Source: Terriglobia bacterium (GTDB lineage: Bacteria; Acidobacteriota; Terriglobia; 20CM-2-55-15). From it: DNA of 64,000 nucleotides. The stretch spans positions 32,001 through 96,000 of the forward strand of contig CBDCLE010000001.1 of NCBI GenBank assembly GCA_965218585.1, written 5' to 3'. Below the pieces are notes generated by a model. The model made no database searches. It saw only the letters and a program-made list of their open reading frames with translations, and had not been told where the DNA came from. This document shows, in pieces, positions 55,581 through 64,000 of this stretch (position 1 is its first letter; every line of letters starts with the position of its first letter). The translations under genes were made by a program, and so were the position numbers.

Positions 55581-56528
55581 TTACCGCCAGTCATCAATGA
55601 TATAGACATCCGGCCGATTGTAGCTCCGCTCCGGCTGGGTCTCCATGGCAACGCCGATGAACCGGGTGTGGAAACCCGATCTCCTTAGCTGGCTGTAAGC
55701 GTTCCAGCGCCCCATGTTCATGCCCACCGAGAGAAGACTCAGATCCCGCTGGGCAGCTACGGATTCGCATGCCCGAAGGAGGCTTCCGAAGTAGTCTTCC
55801 TGGTCCGGTGAAGGACGGACTGCGCCGAACTTGACGTAGCAAGCACCGTCGCCCGCTTCAGTGTCGGATCCGCAATGACATATCGCAAACGCCACCAGCG
55901 TAGACCCGGCGTAGATCAGACATACTTCACCCAGTCTCTGCCGAAGTACTGCCTCGAGTTCCCGTTCAAGGGTCAGTCCGTCGTGTATCGTTCCCGTCAG
56001 TTCGCCACATGCCGAGATTGCGGCTTTTTGTGACTCTTCGGCCAGGCTGGACAGCTTGGTGAAGTCCGTTTCGATCTGTGCATTCACCTCCTTGCCCAGG
56101 ACCGGAGTCAGGTGGCCCGCGCGAAATCCGTACTTTTCGTAAAGGTGGATATGTTTCGGGCTTTCGGAGAAGGTCAACAGACCCCGGTGAGTGATGCCCC
56201 AGTCTTCAAAAAGAGACATCGTCTCTTCCAGAAGCATCTGCGCAACTTTCCGGTCCCAGTACTCCGGCAGGACGGTGATGGGTCCAAAGAAGCCAAACGA
56301 TCCCCAGTTGGCCGCAAAATTCGTGCCAACAAGCTTTCCGTTGTGTTCTGCAGCAATTGCCGAGGCCGGATCGGCTCTCCAACGGGTCGAAACCAGGTCA
56401 CGACCCGGGAAGAGAGCCCCGGGATCTTTTTCCTTGAGAAAAGTGGCGAATGCGATCCGAAGGATGCGGTTGGCCTCTCCAAGTTCGTGTTCTTCCAGTG
56501 CCCTTAGGCGTATTTCGTTGGTTGGCAT
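55581..56528 (-). CDS. GNAT-family N-acetyltransferase
   Basis: GPITVLPEYWDRKVAQMLL, HLYEKYGF. Confidence 0.85.
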   Translation of the reverse strand: MPTNEIRLRALEEHELGEANRILRIAFATFLKEKDPGALFPGRDLVSTRWRADPASAIAAEHNGKLVGTNFAANWGSFGFFGPITVLPEYWDRKVAQMLLEETMSLFEDWGITHRGLLTFSESPKHIHLYEKYGFRAGHLTPVLGKEVNAQIETDFTKLSSLAEESQKAAISACGELTGTIHDGLTLERELEAVLRQRLGEVCLIYAGSTLVAFAICHCGSDTEAGDGACYVKFGAVRPSPDQEDYFGSLLRACESVAAQRDLSLLSVGMNMGRWNAYSQLRRSGFHTRFIGVAMETQPERSYNRPDVYIIDDWR

Positions 56529-56539
56529 CCGAGGGCTGC

Positions 56540-56872
56540 TCAGTCTTGGGACGCGCTGCGCTTTGCCTGGTTCACCTGACCCACAATGCGCCCGACCCAG
56601 TCACCCATGTAAGCGATAGCTTCCTCCAGCGTCGGAAACCGGCTTGTTTCCGCTCCGTGGAAAACCGCACCGGGACTCTCGTGCACTTCCCACTCCTTGT
56701 CTTTGATGTCCGATCGTTGGAGCCTGTAGTAGAAGTATTCTTGACCTTTTACGGTTACAGAGACCATCGATCCGTCCTCGAGGTCGAAAGCGCAGTCAAA
56801 CGCACTTTCCGTCAACGGACTGTTGGCCAATATCCCGAGGATCGATTCTTTAGTTTCAGCCGTCGTTTTCAT
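56540..56872 (-). CDS. Hypothetical protein
   Basis: ORF co-oriented with neighbours, protein-like composition. Confidence 0.55.
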   Translation of the reverse strand: MKTTAETKESILGILANSPLTESAFDCAFDLEDGSMVSVTVKGQEYFYYRLQRSDIKDKEWEVHESPGAVFHGAETSRFPTLEEAIAYMGDWVGRIVGQVNQAKRSASQD

Positions 56873-56883
56873 GTTGGACAAAC

Positions 56884-57027
56884 TCAGGACTGGAGGAAGC
56901 GCAATCGGTAGAAACGAGTCTCACAATTGCGGCAACGGTAGGGAAGAAGAAAGAACAAGAGCATGCGTTCAGCCAGGTGCCGTCGAGAGCGTCTGACGCT
57001 TTCTGATTCACAGCGTGGGCACTGCAT
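56884..57027 (-). CDS. Small zinc-ribbon protein
   Basis: AGGAGG RBS; MQCPRC...RRSRR...PYRCRNCETRF. Confidence 0.7.
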   Translation of the reverse strand: MQCPRCESESVRRSRRHLAERMLLFFLLPYRCRNCETRFYRLRFLQS

Positions 57028-57199
57028 TGAAGGGCCTCCTGCCTTTCGTGACAACACTAACACAGGAAGAAGACATCTTCTCTCGTCGTGCAAAATGACA
57101 TGCGAGGCAGGAGGGTCTGTGAGTACTAGGTGCACTAGCATGAAACCCATTGTTTCCAGGTGGTGTCTCAGTTCTGTGCGTCTTCTGAGAATCGGTGGG

Positions 57200-57382
57200 C
57201 TAGTCGGACAGAAACAGGATCGACGCCAGGAAGGTGACTACGACGGCCAGAGCGAACACTACGTCGCCGGCTTTGTAGAATCTGAGAGCGCGGAGACCAA
57301 GGGCCTCCTGAATCGGACGACGGAATCCAAGGAGAACTAGCGCGACACTTAGAATCACCGACTCTATTGCTCCGAAACTCAT
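57200..57382 (-). CDS. Small two-TM membrane protein
   Basis: 60 aa with two hydrophobic segments. Confidence 0.5.
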   Translation of the reverse strand: MSFGAIESVILSVALVLLGFRRPIQEALGLRALRFYKAGDVVFALAVVVTFLASILFLSD

Positions 57383-57516
57383 GCAGTAACTATATCCGAC
57401 TCCGTCCTTTCAAGCTCAGGTCACCGGACAAATCGGTAGTGCGTCAGCCAAAGCGACGCACTACCTGTTTCCGAGCCTACTTCCGACTCCGATGCTGTTG
57501 TGATAACTATGCAAGG

Positions 57517-58014
57517 ATGAAATCGTGCTGCTTCTCCTGTGCCTGTGCAGTTTGGGCTCTGATTCTGCTCCCGACTCTGCCGTTGATCGAGCAGGAAGCA
57601 CGTTTTTCTTCGATTGCAGAAGGTTTTTCATCTGATGAAGGACCCATCGAAGTAGGCTATCGTGCGTTCACGGCCCCCCAATTGCAGGAAATGACATCCG
57701 GCGGCCTCCGAGTCGAGTCGATCGACGTGCTTCCGAGAGTCTTCCGTTTACAGGTTGGACAGAGACGATCCTTGAGAGAACTCCGTGTGACTGCACGAGA
57801 CTCCCAGGGTGCGATAATCGTACGAATTCCGTTTTCGGTAGGGCTTGAGGATGTCGACCCGGAAATAGTCAGCGTTGAATCGCTCAGAGTAAACGGCCAT
57901 GAGATAGAAGGAACCCGAGCTGGACAGAGCAGGTTGCGGTTTATGGCGGCGATTCCAAGAGACGATGGGACCTCGGCCGTGTCGATGATTCGAATTGTTG
58001 TTACCGACGAGTAG
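57517..58014 (+). CDS. Hypothetical exported protein (Ig-like?)
   Basis: Hydrophobic N-terminus, beta-strand-rich. Confidence 0.5.
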   Translation: MKSCCFSCACAVWALILLPTLPLIEQEARFSSIAEGFSSDEGPIEVGYRAFTAPQLQEMTSGGLRVESIDVLPRVFRLQVGQRRSLRELRVTARDSQGAIIVRIPFSVGLEDVDPEIVSVESLRVNGHEIEGTRAGQSRLRFMAAIPRDDGTSAVSMIRIVVTDE

Positions 58015-58054
58015 CCACGTCCCCGCGCATCGGAAGTAACACGAGAGACAAGAT

Positions 58055-59230
58055 CATGAAACTGGTCGACAGGATGTCCCAAATGGGAACCGAATCTGCG
58101 TTCGAAGTTCTGGCGAAGGCTCAGGCCCTTGAAGCACAGGGCCGGAACGTGATCCATCTGGAAGTCGGGCAGCCCGATTTTCCGACCCCCCCCATGTAGT
58201 GGAAGCCGGAAAGAAGGCGTTGGATGACGGTGAGACCAAGTACGGGCCGCCAGCCGGGTTTCCCGAGTTCCGTGAAAGGATTGCGGCGTATGTTTCCCAT
58301 ACGCGCGGCGTCAGCCTTGATGCGGAAAACGTCTGCGTGGTCCCGGGTGCCAAGCCGGTGCTGTTTTTTACGATGATCGCGCTTCTGGAACAGGGCGACG
58401 AGGTTATTTATCCGGATCCTGGATTCCCGATCTACGGTTCCATGATTCGTTTTCTGGGAGCGACGCCGGTTCCTGTCCCGTTGCTCGAAAGTGACGGTTT
58501 CTCGTTCGATCTGGACGTTTTCGCCGATCGACTGTCTGAGAAGACGAAGATGGTGATTTTGAACTCCCCGGACAATCCAACCGGTGATGTCATTCCCAAA
58601 GAGAATCTGCAGTCGATCGCAGGCCTGCTTCGCGACCGGGACGTGATGGTTCTGAGTGATGAAATTTACTCCCGAATCTTCTACGGTCCCGAACCCACGT
58701 CGATTGCCAGCTGTGAAGGGATGTTGGAAAAAACGATTATTCTCGATGGGTTTTCCAAAACTTATTCGATGACCGGCTGGCGTCTGGGTTATGGCGTCAT
58801 GCCTCGGTGGTTGGCCGAAGCTGTAGCGAAATTGATGGTCAATTCCAACTCGTGCACAGCCAGCTTCACGCAGCGTGCCGAGATTGCGGCGCTTGAAGGT
58901 CCGCAGGATTCCGTTACTCGGATGGTCGGCGAGTTTCTTCGCCGCCGCGATGCGATCGTGAAGGGACTGGGGGATATATCCGGTTTTCGGTGTTCGACGC
59001 CTGCAGGTGCCTTTTACGCGTTCCCGAACGTCGCGGGGACGGGTATTGCTTCGAAGGAACTTGCGGAGACGATCCTGACCGAAGCCGGTGTGGCATCGGT
59101 TAGTGGCGATTCTTTTGGCCGGCATGGCGCCGGATACCTGCGTTTCAGTTATGCCAACTCGTTAGAGAATATTCTGGAAGCGACCGAAAGAATCCGGAAG
59201 ATAGCAGATCGCTGGGGGAATCAGGGGTAG
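58055..59230 (+). pseudogene. Class I/II (aspartate-type) aminotransferase, frameshift in poly-C ~58187-58194
   Basis: LEVGQPDF, NSPDNPTG, SDEIY, GFSKTYSMTGWRLGY. Confidence 0.88.
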
Positions 59231-59243
59231 ATTCGAGTCCAAC

Positions 59244-59440
59244 AAAAAATGCGATCGGATCGACCCTCGCTGCGTTCCCTCAACCATGGTGTTTGGGAAT
59301 GCCCAAGTCAGTCATCGGCCAAACCCTCGATCGTTGGGCTCTTTTTCAACGCCTGACCGGCCTGCGGGTTGCCCCGCATACCGCTCGGATATCGTGCCGA
59401 AAGTCGTCTTGGTTGCTACCAATCGACCCAATCGCGAGAG
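59244..59440 (-). ncRNA. Candidate structured ncRNA, copy B
   Basis: Closing stem 59422-35/59251-64 followed by U6; same stem order as copy A. Confidence 0.7.
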
Positions 59441-59442
59441 CA

Positions 59443-59485
59443 ATCATCTGATTTTTTTCCTGCACGGTCAACGCGAAAGATTTGC
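59443..59485 (-). promoter_or_regulatory. sigma70-like promoter of candidate ncRNA copy B
   Basis: TTGACC-N17-GATGAT on the minus strand. Confidence 0.55.
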
Positions 59486-59710
59486 ACTATTCGTGTGGCC
59501 TGAAGCGTGGCGTTTTGGTCCAAAAAAAGGGGCCCTTGAAGGCCCCTTTTCCAGTCTCTCCCGATCCCTGCTCAGCGACTTCGCATGAGGGCATCGTCCC
59601 TGCCGTTGATGTTCGGGTGTTTTCTCCTATTTGTTTCTATTCAGAGTTGTGCGAAAGTCGAAAAACAGTCTATAGCGAAAATGTACATGTCAGACCGGGA
59701 GAATAGTCAA

Positions 59711-60676
59711 GTGTCTTCAAAAACGTTACGCACAGCGCTCGCATCCTTCGTACTGCTCGTCGCAACGCCGGTTGTTAACGGGCAGAATATGACAGTCACA
59801 CTCCTGGGTACCGGTTCGCCTCCACCGTTGATGGAGCGCTTCGGCCCGAGCATCCTGGTCGAAGCAGGAGACGAAAAATTGGTCTTTGACGTAGGGCGTG
59901 GCGTCACCCAGCGGATTTTTCAACTCGGGATGACACTCAGGGAGGTGACGGGTGTATTCCTCACTCACTTTCATTCCGACCACACTGTAGGGATCCCGGA
60001 TCTCTGGCTGACAGGGTGGCTATCACCCCGGTTCGGTGGCCGCATGACACCCTTTGAGATCTGGGGCCCCGAGGGAACCGAAGCCATGATGGCGGCTCTC
60101 GAAGAAGCCTACGCAGCCGATATCCGCATCCGAATCGCGGACCAGAACTACCTTCCCGAAGGTGTTGCGATTGTTTCTGAAGATATCGCTGAGGGTGTCG
60201 TGTTCGAAAGAAATGGTGTGCGTGTGACGGCGTTTGATGTGGATCATGGCGAACTGATCAAGCCTGCGATGGGTTATCGGGTGGATTACGGCGAGCGTTC
60301 GGTGGTCATGTCCGGAGACACAAGATTTAGTGAGAACCTGATTCGATTCGCAGAGGGGGCCGATGTCATCGTTCACGAGGTCGCCGCAGCGAGCGAAGCT
60401 TTGTTGGCGAAATCCGAAGGCGAGCGGCTCATCCTTGCACATCACACCACACCCGAGGAAGCTGGGACGGTTTTCGACCGGGTCACCCCTCGACTCGCAG
60501 TTTATTCCCACTTTGCTCTGAGGGGCGACTCTGAAATCGCGCCACCCACTCTCGACGATGTTGTCGCGATGACCCGGACGAACTATGACGGACCTCTTGA
60601 AATAGGAGAAGACCTGATGCGTATTGAAATAGGCGACGCTGTTGAGACTTACAGGTTCGCGCCTGCCTCCCCGTAG
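59711..60676 (+). CDS. RNase Z/AtsA-like MBL-fold hydrolase, secreted (start uncertain)
   Basis: LLGTGSP, THFHSDH, SGDT, HHTT. Confidence 0.85.
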   Translation: MSSKTLRTALASFVLLVATPVVNGQNMTVTLLGTGSPPPLMERFGPSILVEAGDEKLVFDVGRGVTQRIFQLGMTLREVTGVFLTHFHSDHTVGIPDLWLTGWLSPRFGGRMTPFEIWGPEGTEAMMAALEEAYAADIRIRIADQNYLPEGVAIVSEDIAEGVVFERNGVRVTAFDVDHGELIKPAMGYRVDYGERSVVMSGDTRFSENLIRFAEGADVIVHEVAAASEALLAKSEGERLILAHHTTPEEAGTVFDRVTPRLAVYSHFALRGDSEIAPPTLDDVVAMTRTNYDGPLEIGEDLMRIEIGDAVETYRFAPASP

Positions 60677-60696
60677 CCCCGGCCTGCCGGCAACCG

Positions 60697-61614
60697 ATGG
60701 CTGGATCTTCAAAGAAAGTAATTGTCGCTGCCCTTGTGGGCAATTCGTTGATCGCGATGACGAAGTTCGTCGCGTCGCTGGCGACCGGAAGTTCTGCAAT
60801 GCTTTCGGAGGGGATCCACTCCCTTGTGGACACCGGCAACCAGGTATTGCTTCTCCACGGTCTGAAGCGCTCCGCCAGGCCGGCCGACGAACAGTTTCCT
60901 TTCGGGCATGGGAAAGAAGTCTACTTCTGGAGTTTCATCGTCGCGATCATGATTTTTGCTGTAGGTGCCGGGATCTCGATTTATGAGGGTGTGACGCACG
61001 TTCTCGAGCCGGCAGAGATAACCAATCCCACGCTGAACTACATCGTTCTCGGAATCGCGATGATCTTTGAGGGCGGGGCCTGATACTTTGCCCTCACTGA
61101 ATTCACCAAGGCCAAGGGCAAATGGGGATATGTCGAGGCGGTTCAACGCGGCAAAGACCCGACCTTGTTCGTGGTTCTCTTTGAAGACTCGGCCGCCATG
61201 CTCGGACTGGGCGTTGCCTTTATCGGTGTCGCACTGACCCAGATCACGGGATTGGGTGAGTTCGACGGAATGGCCTCCATCGTTATCGGGATTATCCTCG
61301 GGGGGACTGCCATCTGGTTGGCCTACGAAACCAAGGGGCTGCTCATCGGTGAATCGGCCAACCGACAGGTTGTTTCGGGAATTCGCAAATTGGTGAGTAC
61401 GTCCCCCGATGTCCTCCATGTTAACGAAGTGCTGACGATGCACATGGGACCAGACTTTATTCTTCTGAACCTGGGTGTGAAGTTTCGCGACCCGATCACG
61501 GCCGCCGACCTTGAGGGGACCGTCCGAGGCCTCGAACGTCAGATCAAGGGTGCCTACCCTGAGGTGAAGCGGATTTTTATAGAGGCCGAAGAGAGGCAGG
61601 GCAGCGAGGTCTGA
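60697..61614 (+). pseudogene. Cation diffusion facilitator with internal TGA at 61081
   Basis: HSLVDTGNQ, FGHGKE.YFW, EDSAA; the frame continues through the stop. Confidence 0.88.
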
Positions 61615-62328
61615 TCAGCCGCAGGTCGCTGCCGCGTCTTCGAGGTTTTCGAACAGACGCCCGGACCCTTCTCCCGCCAGGCTGTCGAGGCCGTGGCCCA
61701 TTCCTTCTTCCACTTCAAAACGCGTGGGGTAACCTCGCGACCGGAATGCTGCGGCCAGACGTTCCATCCCATTCGCCCATCCGGGATCGAATTCACCGAC
61801 GTGCAGGTAGATGCACATGCCGCTGAGCGCCTCCACACGCTCGGTTGTGGCCTCGTTCAGAAAGCCCGGGAATCCTGTGACCGAACAAAAATACTGGGGG
61901 TGCGAGGCCGCGATGTGGAATGCGCTCAGACCTCCGTTTGATCTTCCTGCAATGTGAAACTTATTGCCTTCGATGTTGTATTCCTGAAGCAGTCGTCTGG
62001 CGAAGGAAGGAAATATGAGCGCACCGGCCTGAAAGAAGAGTTGACCTCGGGGCGCTGCGGGACTGATCACGATGTAGCCCCGCCGTTCGGCTTCCCCGAC
62101 CCAGTGATTCTCCAGCGTTCGCCGGGTGATATCGCGGGTCTGGCCGCCGCCGCCGAAAGCGAGGACAGCGGGATATTCCGTCTCGGGGTCATATCCGTCG
62201 GGAAGGACGACGAAATATTCCACCCGCATTCCACCGAACGTGCCGACCCGTTCGACGACCTCTGCGTTAGCGTCTTCACCACCCAGAACAATTACAAGAA
62301 GCAGAGCTGTCAAGAGTCTTTCAGTCAT
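61615..62328 (-). CDS. Secreted alpha/beta-hydrolase (esterase-like)
   Basis: GRSNGG nucleophile elbow, HVGEFD, GMGH. Confidence 0.8.
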   Translation of the reverse strand: MTERLLTALLLVIVLGGEDANAEVVERVGTFGGMRVEYFVVLPDGYDPETEYPAVLAFGGGGQTRDITRRTLENHWVGEAERRGYIVISPAAPRGQLFFQAGALIFPSFARRLLQEYNIEGNKFHIAGRSNGGLSAFHIAASHPQYFCSVTGFPGFLNEATTERVEALSGMCIYLHVGEFDPGWANGMERLAAAFRSRGYPTRFEVEEGMGHGLDSLAGEGSGRLFENLEDAAATCG

Positions 62329-62419
62329 GTTGTTTACCAGGAGCTGTTTAGAATCGTTGATGAGTCGTTTTGGGGAGGATAACATGTCCTCATACGTCGG
62401 GCTCCAGCCTTATCAGTCA

Positions 62420-63753
<1,334 letters not shown>

Positions 63754-64000
63754 CTCAAGCATTTGTTATGGATCGTTCCCCTCGTGTTGGTCACCCTTGT
63801 CCTGGGGTTGGCCCTGAAGACATCCAACGCTCTGGACCGGGAAATCGATTACCATCAGGTTCTGGTCGCTTCGATTCAGGTTCGCAGTAATGACTTCGAG
63901 GACCTCGAGGAGATGGCCGTTCAGTTTTCATGTCAAGGCGAGGGAATCTCACCACATCTGGAGTGGACAGGGGCACCGGAGGGCACACGATCTTATGCCC

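Noticed and set aside
55130-55651. Small ORFs over the 55.3-55.5 kb element (and 59286-59588)
   Set aside because: No reading frame appears conserved between the two homologous copies, whereas base pairing is
28617-61083. TGA recoding (Sec/Trp) suggested by in-frame TGA at the lipobox Cys position and at a likely Trp position in the CDF gene
   Set aside because: TGA ends many normal genes here, the implied residues differ, and ASST also has an in-frame TAA; ordinary nonsense mutations explain it

Overview
Heavily mobile-element-invaded, partly eroded bacterial region. An ADOP-type duplicated ABC permease next to a PadR regulator, together with a DUF1553/DUF1501 cluster, suggests Acidobacteriota (inference). 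Positions 1-16.3 kb are a mosaic of IS pieces and fused gene fragments: katG, toxin-antitoxin genes, an FN3/PEP-binding surface protein and a group II intron remnant. The rest is mostly hydrolases, aminotransferases, transport and signalling genes. These are interrupted by elements whose ends can be read: IS1380, two IS256, IS701, IS3, an IS1111-type IS110 with visible bridge-RNA-like guide matches, and a full group II intron inside an arylsulfotransferase pseudogene. The most notable unexplained signal is a pair of diverged ~200-nt intergenic elements (55317-55518 + and 59244-59440 -). Each has its own sigma70-like promoter and U-tract, and both fold into the same multi-stem structure with compensatory changes, so they look like a possibly undescribed structured ncRNA family. 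Also of note are repeated dif-like sites and a cryptic stand-alone FliG-N gene next to an orphan FliD-like gene, both with sigma28-like promoters. All calls are by eye; no searches were run.
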